Shown: positions 47,513 through 57,406 of the stretch, one piece after another
Position numbering within the stretch: position 1 is the first letter of the stretch
Layout: the number at the start of each line of letters is the position of its first letter
Source: Candidatus Bathyarchaeota archaeon
GTDB taxonomy: Archaea > Thermoproteota > Bathyarchaeia > Bathyarchaeales > Bathycorpusculaceae
Length of the DNA stretch: 64,000 nt
NCBI GenBank assembly: GCA_963733095.1
Contig: CAVTBV010000001.1
Coordinates: forward strand, 32,001 to 96,000
Direction of reading: 5' to 3'
The notes under the pieces: generated by a model
What the model saw: the letters and a program-made list of their open reading frames with translations, nothing else
The model's database searches: none
What the model was told of the DNA's origin: nothing
Translations under genes and position numbers: made by a program

Positions 47513-48487
47513 TTAGAACGTTGATATGAATTCTCTTTGAAGAGGCCAAACGGTGAATAACCTATCTACTCCTACTTCCATTTTAGTTAATCCCGGCAAA
47601 CTTGCAATTTGTTCTTGGATATCTACTAACTGATTGATGTCTTTTATCATCAAGCTGAATGTATAGTCGTGGTTGCTGCTTGATTTAGTTATGAAATTTA
47701 TGTCTTGAATTCTTGATAGACTTTCAGTGTTACGTTCCAACGTTTCGGTAGAAAACGACACATAAAAAATTGCGAAGGCGAAATAGCCGATCTTTGTGGG
47801 GTTTATCTGAACTACAACCTTAAGGTCTCCATTTTCTTTTAGTCTTTCATACCTTCTAACAACGGTATCAGTAGAAACATCTAACGACTTCGCAATTTTT
47901 TCAAAGGATATTCGGCCATCTACTGCTAATTTTTCTATAATGCTTGTGTCAATGCTGTCAATCTTTATCTCTGCCTTTTTTTCAGGTAAACTTGCATTTC
48001 TGAAGAATTGTTTTGATTTTGATTCTTCCGTGTCAAGAACTGAAAGGTTTTCTGGAGTTGTTCTTATGCCTATCCAAACTCTAACATCTACTCCGAGAAT
48101 ATAGGGCAATCGTTTTATTGCGTGTTTAACCTGCTCAAGTTCTTCAATACTCTTCAAGATTGCTTCCGCAGCAATTGTTTGATTTATAACCCGTGAGTAG
48201 ACATGAAAGACATGCGGTGTCTTTCTGACGGATTCAATAGCGCCGTCCAATTTGCCATGCTGAACATTAATGAGGATAGTTGAAACGAATTTGCCCGAGT
48301 AACAAGTGTGACTATTTTGAATTGTTGCTCCAACGATTATGCCTTTGTTTTCCATTTGTTTATAGCGTTTGGAAATAACATCTTTTGATGTGTTGCATTC
48401 TTTAGCAATTTCTGCAAATTTTTTCCTTCCGTCCATTAGTAGTTCTTTTAGAATTTTTTTGTCGATTGTGTCAATTACGGACTTCAT
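47513..48487 (-). CDS. Lrp/AsnC-family regulator with two tandem HTH-RAM units
   Basis: IDTIDKKILKELLMDGR and IDSIDTSIIEKLAVDGR repeats. Confidence 0.88.
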   Translation of the reverse strand: MKSVIDTIDKKILKELLMDGRKKFAEIAKECNTSKDVISKRYKQMENKGIIVGATIQNSHTCYSGKFVSTILINVQHGKLDGAIESVRKTPHVFHVYSRVINQTIAAEAILKSIEELEQVKHAIKRLPYILGVDVRVWIGIRTTPENLSVLDTEESKSKQFFRNASLPEKKAEIKIDSIDTSIIEKLAVDGRISFEKIAKSLDVSTDTVVRRYERLKENGDLKVVVQINPTKIGYFAFAIFYVSFSTETLERNTESLSRIQDINFITKSSSNHDYTFSLMIKDINQLVDIQEQIASLPGLTKMEVGVDRLFTVWPLQREFISTF

Positions 48488-48688
48488 ATATGCTTTTAAC
48501 TTTTTAACTGCCTAATTAATCTATTCTAAATCAACGGATAGAAGCTGGAAAATCCATATTAGTCTATTTTATTGTTAATGATTTTCCACTTTTTGCATTT
48601 TAATGCTTGTATATCAAAAAAATAGGAAAAGTCTAAATAGCCTGTCAGCTTAGGTTTTTTAAACAAACATATAAGGAAGGAAAAAAAC

Positions 48689-51346
48689 TTGACATACAAT
48701 AAAAATGCAGCAATCGCGATTGCGATATTATTGACAATTTCAATGGGAGCTTCAATGATTCTAGTGCCAAGCGCTAGTGCACATGATCCAGGCTGGAATA
48801 TTCCAACCTTTGCTCTAATTAATGCAGCACCCAATCCAGTAGGTGTCGGTCAACAAGCATATGTCATCATGTGGCTTACCGATACTTATGATCCCGCCAG
48901 TGCATTATCAAACAATTACAGATTCCACAACTACAAACTCACAATCACAGCACCCGACGGCACTGTAACAACTCAAACTTTTGAGACAGTAACCGACCCA
49001 ACATCAAACCAACCCTATGCCTTCACACCCGACCAAGTCGGAACATATACTCTGAACTTCACTTTCCCAGGACAAGACATAACAGTAAACAATGATAGTC
49101 CCACCTCACAATACATTAACGATACTTACCTACCAAGTTCTGCACAAACAACTCTTAATGTTCAGCAAGAGGCAATATCCACATTACCAACTGTCCCTCT
49201 ACCAACCCAATACTGGTCACGCCCAATCTACGGAACAAACCCAAACTGGTACACAATTTCCTCCAACTGGCTAGGTTCAGGTGCACCCGGCTACTCTGGC
49301 TTCTCTTTTGGTGGATCAGCCCAATCGAGTTACCCAGGTGATGCAGTAGGCCCCCTAACAGGCCACATTATGTGGACTAAGCCAATTCAAAGCGGCGGAG
49401 TCGTCGGAGGAGACAACTTTGCTATTAAAGGAGACACATTCTTCGAAGGTTCAGCATACCAGCAAAGATTCACTAACCCAATAATAATCGACGGAAAACT
49501 CTACTTTAAAGAACCAGTATCTTTCTCAGGTCCGAGCAACGGTCCAACTGACTGCGTTGACTTGCAAACGGGACAACTTATCTGGTCTCGTGACGACGTA
49601 CCAGCGCTATCATTTGGCTACATTTATGACGTTCAAGACCCCAATCAACACGGAGTTTACCCACCAATACTTTTCTCTGGAGGCGGTGGATTATTCTCAT
49701 TCGGTCCAATCACATGGAGAGCTTTTGATGCATACACAGGAAACCCGCTGTTCAACGTGACTAACGTTCCCTCCGGAACAACATTGCTCGGCGTAAACGG
49801 CGAACACTTGATATTAACATTGACAAACAAAGGCACACCAGCAAGTCCGAATTACTATTTGACACAATGGAATTCATCTAATCTGTGGACAGGTCAATAC
49901 TCAGGTGCCTCAACCTCACCATCAGTAATTCCACCAATCACTAACGGAGCAGACCCACGAATGTACGACTGGAACATCTCAATTCCATCGCTAAACACAA
50001 TGTCTGGAAACCCTACAATCGCTGATGCTTTCTTTAACAACATGTTAATCGTTGAATTCGGAACTCTTCCTTCAGCAGCAACCATCGCTTTCCGTACAAT
50101 AAGCAGTACTCCATACACATACGCAGGTATCGACATCAAATTGACCTCGATTGCTAGTGACATTTCCAACGGCAACACGTCATCAGTGATGTGGACAAAT
50201 ACAGTTAATCCACCAGCGGGCAACGTCACTGTCCTACTAGGTCCAGCTGACCCAGTAGCCGGCGTTTTCACTGAAGGATACGCAGAAACTACCCAGTGGG
50301 TAGGCTACAGCATGTCAACAGGCGAAAAAATCTGGGGTCCAACTGCAAGTCAAACAGCTTTTGACTACTACGGCAACCCAGCCACACCAAACGTTCAAGG
50401 TGTTGCAGCTAACGGCATTCTCTACAGTAGCGGCTTCGGAGGAATATGCTTCGCATACGACATGCAACATGGAGACCTACTTTGGACATACGGTAACGGC
50501 GGCACAGGCAACTCAACATATGCAGGCCTTGAGACTCCATTCGGCGAATATCCAACATTCATACAGGCAATCGGCAACGGAGTAGTCTACTTAGTGACAA
50601 CAGAACACACCATCGAAACACCAATCTTCAAAGGAGCCTTAACACGCGCAATTAACGCAACCACCGGCGCAGAAATCTGGACACTCTCAGACTACACTGG
50701 AGAGTTCGCAGCCATGAGCTATGCCATCGCAGACGGCTATGCAACATTCTTCAACGGCTATGACAACCAAGTTTACAGCGTAGGCAGGGGACCAAGCGCT
50801 TTAACCGTTTTAGCACCAAACATCGGAGTAGCTTCTGAATCATCCGTGGTACTTAGAGGTACCGTAACAGACGTTTCAGCAGGCACAAAACAAACAACAG
50901 TCGCAGCCAACTTCCCAGCAGGCGTTCCAGTCTCCTCTGATGCAAGCATGAGCGAATGGATGGGCTACGTCTACCAGCAACAAGCAATGCCAAACAACTT
51001 CACCGGCGTTACAGTAACAATCAGCGTCATCGACTCAAACAACAATCTACGAACCATCGGCACCGCAACCACTGACGAAACAGGAATGTACAGCTTAGCA
51101 TGGACACCCGACATCTCTGGCAGTTACACGGTCATCGCATCTTTCGACGGCACAAACGGCTACTACCCATCGTACGCTAAAACAAGCTTCACAGTCGACC
51201 AACCACACCCAACCATAGCACCAACCTCAGCACCAGCCCAATCAGTAGCTGACCAATACTTCGTTCCCGCAATCGCAGGCTTGTTCGTCCTAATCATCAT
51301 CGTATTAGCATTGCTAGTACTCATGATGATGAGAAAACGACAATAA
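48689..51346 (+). CDS. Large secreted/cell-surface protein (PQQ-type beta-propeller-like, Ig-like domains, C-terminal TM anchor)
   Basis: Signal peptide, repeated D..TG..IW motifs, Thr/Pro-rich linker, TM helix and RKRQ tail. Confidence 0.85.
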   Translation: MTYNKNAAIAIAILLTISMGASMILVPSASAHDPGWNIPTFALINAAPNPVGVGQQAYVIMWLTDTYDPASALSNNYRFHNYKLTITAPDGTVTTQTFETVTDPTSNQPYAFTPDQVGTYTLNFTFPGQDITVNNDSPTSQYINDTYLPSSAQTTLNVQQEAISTLPTVPLPTQYWSRPIYGTNPNWYTISSNWLGSGAPGYSGFSFGGSAQSSYPGDAVGPLTGHIMWTKPIQSGGVVGGDNFAIKGDTFFEGSAYQQRFTNPIIIDGKLYFKEPVSFSGPSNGPTDCVDLQTGQLIWSRDDVPALSFGYIYDVQDPNQHGVYPPILFSGGGGLFSFGPITWRAFDAYTGNPLFNVTNVPSGTTLLGVNGEHLILTLTNKGTPASPNYYLTQWNSSNLWTGQYSGASTSPSVIPPITNGADPRMYDWNISIPSLNTMSGNPTIADAFFNNMLIVEFGTLPSAATIAFRTISSTPYTYAGIDIKLTSIASDISNGNTSSVMWTNTVNPPAGNVTVLLGPADPVAGVFTEGYAETTQWVGYSMSTGEKIWGPTASQTAFDYYGNPATPNVQGVAANGILYSSGFGGICFAYDMQHGDLLWTYGNGGTGNSTYAGLETPFGEYPTFIQAIGNGVVYLVTTEHTIETPIFKGALTRAINATTGAEIWTLSDYTGEFAAMSYAIADGYATFFNGYDNQVYSVGRGPSALTVLAPNIGVASESSVVLRGTVTDVSAGTKQTTVAANFPAGVPVSSDASMSEWMGYVYQQQAMPNNFTGVTVTISVIDSNNNLRTIGTATTDETGMYSLAWTPDISGSYTVIASFDGTNGYYPSYAKTSFTVDQPHPTIAPTSAPAQSVADQYFVPAIAGLFVLIIIVLALLVLMMMRKRQ

Positions 51347-51635
51347 AACAAACCATCAAACAACACTCCCTTTCCCTTTTTTAGTCAAAAAATTTGATAG
51401 CAAATAGGGGCTGAGAAGGCTTAAGACAAATCACGATTCATAGCCATAGTTTCGTGAAAGGGCGTTTTTGCATTTCGCTCTTTTCTCCTAAATATGTCTG
51501 GAGCCTCAGCAAACCCAACTATAAGTTACCAAACCATTGTATTAACTTATTGCAAATAAACTGATCCCCTGTTCTTTGCAGGGAGAAAGCTTCTTATGAG
51601 ACGGATTTGGGAAAAATTACACTTTGTTTTTTCAA

Positions 51636-52224
51636 CTATTTTGTGTTTAATTTTCGCCACTTTTGGGCTGCTCGGAGACATTTTTCGAATCCGACAAGGG
51701 AAGTAAACAATTGGTCGGCTGGTGCTTCCTCAACCACTAAGCCTTGTGTACTTGCGTTTATGCAACCGTCCAGCATCAGGTTATCGGTTAAACCCACTTC
51801 TTCAATAAACATGCCCTGAGAATCTCTTAATTTTCTATCGCTGCCTCGGTTAACTTTAAAATTAAGAGCTTTAATTGTGCGCTCAGTAAACGGCACAGCG
51901 ATATTGGTGTAAGCAAACACATTCTTGCCCAACGCATGAGCAAAACCCATCTCATACGCTGTTCCCACATCCGCACTTGGGCCTTCTAAAAGGAGTAATA
52001 TTTGCAATAACAAAATCGCAGCTTCTAATCAAGTTCTCGTTTACTTCGCTGATGCAGAAACCAACCTCTCTTGGGGTCTTATCCTTCACTTGTACTTCAT
52101 TGTCCAAAGGAAAAACACCTTCAAAGCAGTATTTTCTACAGAGGGCTTTCTTGTTGTCGCCAATTTCTTTGGCGTTGCGGAGGAAGACTTCTGGACCTGC
52201 AAGGTAAACACGTTGGGGCACCAT
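51636..52224 (-). pseudogene. Nucleoside 2-deoxyribosyltransferase-family gene split by a 1-nt frameshift
   Basis: VYLAGPEVF...DFVIANITPF in one frame and GPSADVGTAYEMGFAHALGK in another; one extra base near 51985. Confidence 0.8.
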
Positions 52225-52305
52225 TACCGTTCTCCACAAATTAGTAGACGGCTTGGCTAAATAAGCAGTTATCAAAATTTTCCTTTCAAAACGAGCAGAA
52301 TTTTT

Positions 52306-52336
52306 TAGTCAAGAAACTTTGACTACGTTTAGTCAA
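52306..52336. promoter_or_regulatory. Putative operator: TAGTCAA-N6-TTGACTA-N4-TAGTCAA
   Basis: Three alternating exact 7-bp half-sites in the divergent promoter region. Confidence 0.55.
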
Positions 52337-52441
52337 ATATCCTTTACGAGAACGCTTTTACATCATCAAAAGTAGTGGGTTTTTAGGAAGACTGGATGGA
52401 TTTCTTCCAGTTTTGGATTAGCTGCATAGGAGCGTAAAAAA

Positions 52442-53407
52442 ATGGTCAGTGTAATGTCAACCATTCAAAAAACTCAAAACGGCGCCTTCCTTTCAGGAGT
52501 GTTAAAATCGCTCGACACAAAATGCCTAACCTGCGCACCCATAACGCCCTTTGAATGCATAACAAGATGCAAAGTCTACAAGTTAAAAAACGAGTTGTGG
52601 CATCTCCGGGAAAGCATGATGAATAACCCTGACTACCTAAAAGAGCTTTTTAACGTCCTCAAGAATGAAACTCGACTCCAAATTCTTCAAGCAATCGTCG
52701 CCGACAAACACTCATTGAAGGATATTCAGCAAGAAATAAAAAGATCCGGATACAGCCAAAGCCAAAACGCAATCCTTGAAGAATACCTGCATCCTCTTAT
52801 GACATTAGGAATTGTTAGCGAATTACGCGACCAATATTCTTTAACCTCATTTGGCGGACGCCTAACTAAACTGCTCGGATGTTTCCCCACCTATGCCATA
52901 AAACTACCAACTCACTCGGAATGCTATGAAGAAAACCTCCTACAATATCTGCTCTCAGGTCCAAAAACCTTTGAAGAAATCGAAGCAGTCGTTTCACCAA
53001 AAAACCTTTCACGAACCCTCAGACGTCTCCATTCTGCGCAACTAATTCAAACACCAACCCAACGTGATTACATCTTTTTCTTTAAGACAATAAGAAACCC
53101 TGACAAAGAAACTTTGAGGGTTACTGAACGACAAATCTACGATGCGATTGCCGCTGAAGATGGCGTTTCAGCTGGAAAGCTATCGGACTGTACTGGCTTT
53201 TCTAAGCGGGTAATCTACCGGTGCATGAGACGTTTGAGGGGCAAAAAACTTGTGTTCGAAAGAAGAACCCCCAAACGCTATGACTTGACCTGTACAGGTA
53301 AAAAGTTGGCTTATGCACTCCGTGAGCTCCAGCAGGAGGTTGAAGACACATGGTTTTCTTTCCAGCAATCTTCCTCAGACAATACCGCAACAGGTGGGAT
53401 TAGGTGA
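52442..53407 (+). CDS. Multi-winged-helix regulator with N-terminal Cys cluster
   Basis: CLTCAPITPFECITRC, then ArsR-like LKNETRLQIL and two further wHTH-like units; overlaps hemA start. Confidence 0.72.
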   Translation: MVSVMSTIQKTQNGAFLSGVLKSLDTKCLTCAPITPFECITRCKVYKLKNELWHLRESMMNNPDYLKELFNVLKNETRLQILQAIVADKHSLKDIQQEIKRSGYSQSQNAILEEYLHPLMTLGIVSELRDQYSLTSFGGRLTKLLGCFPTYAIKLPTHSECYEENLLQYLLSGPKTFEEIEAVVSPKNLSRTLRRLHSAQLIQTPTQRDYIFFFKTIRNPDKETLRVTERQIYDAIAAEDGVSAGKLSDCTGFSKRVIYRCMRRLRGKKLVFERRTPKRYDLTCTGKKLAYALRELQQEVEDTWFSFQQSSSDNTATGGIR

Positions 53408-54714
53408 CCTGCATGACCTTGCCCCCTGTGGCTAAACCTGTTGACATAGTAAACGTAAGGATCACTCATAAGACAGCGCGTGTGCCGCTCTTAGAGGTTG
53501 TTTCTTTTAAGAATAAAACAAATGCCTACGCAGAAATCGCCTCGCTTGATGGGGTGCAGGAATCGGTGCTTATTCAAACTTGTAATCGCATAGAACTCTA
53601 TCTTGTAAGCGAGCATGGAGATAGAACAGTTAACTCGGCTGTGAATTTTTTAGAGACCCGTACATCTGCAGACCCCGCTGAAGCAAGTAAAGCCGTCGAA
53701 TATGCCGTTAGCGAGGATGCGCTTAACCATCTGTTGCGGGTTACTTCCGGGTTAGAATCCATGGTTGTGGGCGAGGACCAAATTATAAACCAAGTCTGGA
53801 ATGCTTACCTTGAAGCTGAAAAGGCAAAAGCGTCAGGTCCAGTTCTTAATCTTCTTTTTAATCGGGCAGTAAATGTGGGCAGACGCGTAAGACGAGAAAC
53901 CAAAATCAGCAAAGGCGCTGTCTCGGTTGGCTCAGCGGCAGTGGAGCTTGCTGAAAATCTCTTGGGAAGTCTTAATGGAAAGAGAATCCTCGTGATGGGC
54001 GCAGGCGAAACGGGCACCCTCATAGCTAAAGCCATGGCAAGGCGCTGCCTAAACCCAATATTTGTCGCGAACCGAACCTATGAACGGGCGTTTCGATTGG
54101 CTGAGGAATTAGGTGGAAAAGCCGTGATGTTTGACAAGTTTGGCGTAGTCCTTGTAGATGCTGACGTCGTGTTTTGTTCAACTTCCGCACCACACTACCT
54201 GTTAACGAAGAATATGGTTTCTTTGCTCCTCTCAGAGCGACAAAACAAAAAAGACCTCATCGTAATCGATGTCTCCAACCCACGAAACGTAGAGGAAGCC
54301 ATAAAAGAACTTCCATACGTCAAAGTCTACAACATAGATGACTTAACATCGATTGCTGAACACAACAAGACTGAACGGCAAAAAAGTGTGAAACAAGCCC
54401 ACAAAATCATCGACGAAGAACTCAAATCCATAGAACTGGCAGTTAAGGCAGATTCTATTCGCGAAACTGTTTCAACGTTGCTCTCACAGGTTGAAGGAAG
54501 CCGCCAAATAGAACTCAAAAAAGCCCTATCTATGATGGGCAAGTTGGATAAGCGTCAGAAAAAAATTGTAAACGACTTAACCAGTATTCTGCTAAAACGG
54601 ACTTTTCTGCCTGTTGTTGAGAACCTTCGCTTAGCCGTCCAAAACAATGAGATCGAAGTTGTCGATGTTGCAACAAAGCTATTTGATTTTCATGGCGGCA
54701 CCATTGGAAATTAA
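53404..54714 (+). CDS. hemA: Glutamyl-tRNA reductase
   Basis: QTCNRIE, GLESMVVGEDQI, GAGETG and DVSNPRNV motifs. Confidence 0.95.
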   Translation: MTCMTLPPVAKPVDIVNVRITHKTARVPLLEVVSFKNKTNAYAEIASLDGVQESVLIQTCNRIELYLVSEHGDRTVNSAVNFLETRTSADPAEASKAVEYAVSEDALNHLLRVTSGLESMVVGEDQIINQVWNAYLEAEKAKASGPVLNLLFNRAVNVGRRVRRETKISKGAVSVGSAAVELAENLLGSLNGKRILVMGAGETGTLIAKAMARRCLNPIFVANRTYERAFRLAEELGGKAVMFDKFGVVLVDADVVFCSTSAPHYLLTKNMVSLLLSERQNKKDLIVIDVSNPRNVEEAIKELPYVKVYNIDDLTSIAEHNKTERQKSVKQAHKIIDEELKSIELAVKADSIRETVSTLLSQVEGSRQIELKKALSMMGKLDKRQKKIVNDLTSILLKRTFLPVVENLRLAVQNNEIEVVDVATKLFDFHGGTIGN

Positions 54715-54978
54715 ATGACTTAAATTTAAAGTGTTGCTTCTGAAAAGGATTTGAACTCAATTCAATAATAAACGCCACATGTGTGATGTCGGCTCTTTGG
54801 CAAAGCTTGTCTGTTCGCCATTAGTCCCGAATTTGATGTAGCAATAATTCTGTCAATTATATTGGGTGTTTAGTTATCAATTGAGCAGTTATTCACAATT
54901 TTTATGAACAATTCTTAACTATATTTATATTTAGCTAAACAAAAGTATGTTTATCGAACAGAAGGAGTTTAAACAAAA

Positions 54979-55167
54979 ATGAAAAAAGAAGCGAGCTACA
55001 AAATTCGAGCAAATGTGAAAAAAACAGGAATCCAGATAGCAGCAGCACTGGAAGAGATTGAAAAGTCGGTACTGCTGACTGCCTTAAACATAATTTCCTT
55101 GTGCACCTCCTTCGCTTTCAATAGGTTTTCCCAAAACAGCCACGCCGTAAATAATGGCTTCAATTAG
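54979..55167 (+). CDS. Possible small hypothetical protein
   Basis: 62-aa ORF preceded by GAAGGAG and an AT-rich TATA-like region; no motif. Confidence 0.35.
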   Translation: MKKEASYKIRANVKKTGIQIAAALEEIEKSVLLTALNIISLCTSFAFNRFSQNSHAVNNGFN

Positions 55168-55388
55168 AACCCAACTTTTTTCAAAACACTCCAAAAATGA
55201 CCTGTTTGTTTAGGTTGCTATTAAGGTAGAGACCTAATATTTATTATCAGTGTCTCATCTTGAAAACGCCAATAAAGAAATCCAGTTTCTGAAGAAATAA
55301 AAGCAAACTAGAACTCAAATTGAAACTTGAAACACTACAGTAAGCGCACGATAGATAAAAAGCCTAAATCGGCACCGCGAATGCTATG

Positions 55389-56615
55389 TTACACCGCGCC
55401 GTACTTGGAAAAAGCTTTTTCTGCCACTGCTTTGCCAAGTTGCCTTGCCTTTTCAAGATCTTCTTCTGTGGGGCTACCGAAGAATGAAAGCGGCTGTTCC
55501 AGCTCGAAACCCAATGCAGCTAGCTCACTTGATATTTTTCGTGTCGCTTCTCCGCTCCAGCCGAAGCTTCCGAAGACACCGGCGCACCTGTTTGAAAACT
55601 TTTTAGTTTTAAGCAGATTCAGGAAATCCACTACTCTTGGAAATACTTCATGTTCATATGTAGATGAACCAACGATTAATGCTGGAGCTTCCACCAAGCC
55701 AGTTAATGCATCAACGGCCGTGTCTTCAGAAAGGTTGAAGCTTAGAACTGAGCCTCCCGCTTCTCTTACTCCTTCAACGATTGCGCCTAAGCACTTTGCA
55801 GTCATTCCATACATGGTACCGTATGGCACGACAACAGTTTTCGTGTAGGTACCTTTGCTCCAAGAAGCCCATTTACTTATGGTCTGCTTGGCGCTGTCGG
55901 TGTAGACTGGACCGTGGCTTGGCGCCAAAACTTTAATTTCGAGGTTAATTTTGTCAAATTTTTCTATGGCTTTCAAAATCCATTCGCGTTGTCCGTTGAA
56001 GACTGAGGCAAAATACTTTTGTGAGCATCCGCAGATATTCTGCTTGACTATATCCATGTCGGATTCTAATATTGCGCCGTCCGGAAGTTTTTTGAAGGAC
56101 CCAAATGCGTCGCAACAGAACAAAATTCTGTCTTCCACAAGGTAGGTGCTCATGGTTTCTGGCCAATGAAGCCAAGGCGTTTGAATGAATTTCAACGTTT
56201 TGTTTCCTAAGGAAATCTCCGCGTCTTCACTTTTTACGATGACTGCTGCAGGGTCTAACCCGTAGAACTTTTTAAAAATCATTTGGGCAATGGGTGTGAA
56301 AACGACTTTTGCGTTGGGTGCTTTCTTAAGAAGCGCGGGAACAGCACTTGTGTGGTCAGGTTCCATATGGTTAATGACCAGATAGTCTAAGTTTGAGAGG
56401 TCTATTAGTTTGCTAATTTTGTCAAAGTGCTCGAGCGCGTTCTTCTCGTGCACAGAATCAATCAGTGCAGTTTTTTCTGAGCCTACGATTAAGTAAGAGT
56501 TGTAGGAAACGCCCTCGGGGATGCGCCAGAGTCCTTCGAAAAGTGGGGTTTCTGTGTCATTGACTCCTACCCAATTGACGTTCGAGGATATTAGAAGAGG
56601 CTGGTTATTTGTCAT
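55389..56615 (-). CDS. fprA: Flavodiiron protein (FprA/NorV family)
   Basis: YNSYLI, HMEPDH, HWPE, CDAFG and PSHG motifs; flavodoxin domain YGTMYGMT. Confidence 0.93.
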   Translation of the reverse strand: MTNNQPLLISSNVNWVGVNDTETPLFEGLWRIPEGVSYNSYLIVGSEKTALIDSVHEKNALEHFDKISKLIDLSNLDYLVINHMEPDHTSAVPALLKKAPNAKVVFTPIAQMIFKKFYGLDPAAVIVKSEDAEISLGNKTLKFIQTPWLHWPETMSTYLVEDRILFCCDAFGSFKKLPDGAILESDMDIVKQNICGCSQKYFASVFNGQREWILKAIEKFDKINLEIKVLAPSHGPVYTDSAKQTISKWASWSKGTYTKTVVVPYGTMYGMTAKCLGAIVEGVREAGGSVLSFNLSEDTAVDALTGLVEAPALIVGSSTYEHEVFPRVVDFLNLLKTKKFSNRCAGVFGSFGWSGEATRKISSELAALGFELEQPLSFFGSPTEEDLEKARQLGKAVAEKAFSKYGAV

Positions 56616-57068
56616 TGAGTAACCTCAAGAAACTAAAGGCATTAAGCCACATAAATGATTTAACCTTTTCGCGGGACTGGTTTCAACTATGCTAGGGCGT
56701 CGCAAGTACAGCGGAAAATAATTAAGGAGGCGAAAAAGGAAAAGCTGTAGCCTAAAATATGTCAAAGTGTAGCAAGCATGTTGCTAAATTAGCTTGTTTA
56801 TGTGTTTTTGCCAATTAAGATGCGTCCTGCGGAGACAAAAACGTGTCGTTTTCTGAAAAAACGTTGCCAGATTACTTGAGACTTGAGCTCCTTTTGTTCA
56901 AAACCCACCGGTCCACCCGCTAACATTGAGTTTTTTCTTGTTTTACGAATAGCTTTATAACTTTACCAGAAAAAGTCCGAAAACAAGATTAAAATCGTTT
57001 TCGGCGTAACTACATAGAAGCCATAGACAAGTTTATTTTGCAAAAATAAGCCTAAGACCTTTAAAAAG

Positions 57069-57092
57069 TGGCGCCGGGGAAGGGATTCGGAC
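57069..57092 (-). mobile_element. tRNA 3'-end remnant, probable att site
   Basis: Minus strand reads GTCCGAATCCCTTCCCCGGCGCCA followed by CTTTTT; no matching 5' half within tRNA distance. Confidence 0.6.
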
Positions 57093-57309
57093 ACCAGAGA
57101 ATGTGGGGATATTACCCCTCGTTTTTCTCCGCAGCAACTTTCCCTTTTTTATTGCAATACCGAGGTTTAAGCCCCATCAAATCGTTTCTGTCCTCAGGAA
57201 TTAATACTGAATTCTGTCCAACCTTTTCTTTTTTAAGTATTTACTGGCACAACTTTTGGCTGTGGGTAGAACTTGGCTCGTCTTCAGGGCGTTAATTGTT
57301 CAAGTCTAT

Positions 57310-57352
57310 TTAATCAACCTGACATTAACTTTAGTTAAACCAAAATTTATTA
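57310..57352 (+). promoter_or_regulatory. 43-bp operator/promoter element, copy 1
   Basis: 36/43 identical, ungapped, to 58323-58365; ends in BRE/TATA-like CCAAAATTTATTA. Confidence 0.75.
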
Positions 57353-57406
57353 ACTTAAAACCCCCTCCACAAACACGGGGTAAGTAAATGGGGGTTGAAT
57401 GGATAA

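Noticed and set aside
51562-51580. TGATCCCCTGT match to the dispersed 70-bp element
   Set aside because: Only 11 bp match and the flanks do not align
56620-57060. Possible IS/MITE or ncRNA in the long spacer upstream of fprA
   Set aside because: No terminal inverted repeats, transposase fragment or convincing structure found by eye
57060-57180. Intact tRNA gene
   Set aside because: Only the 3' ~24 nt are tRNA-like; no complementary acceptor 5' strand, D arm or anticodon arm is present
57068-57295. 75-aa ORF MAPGKGFGH...
   Set aside because: Starts inside the tRNA remnant, has no motif and is likely spurious
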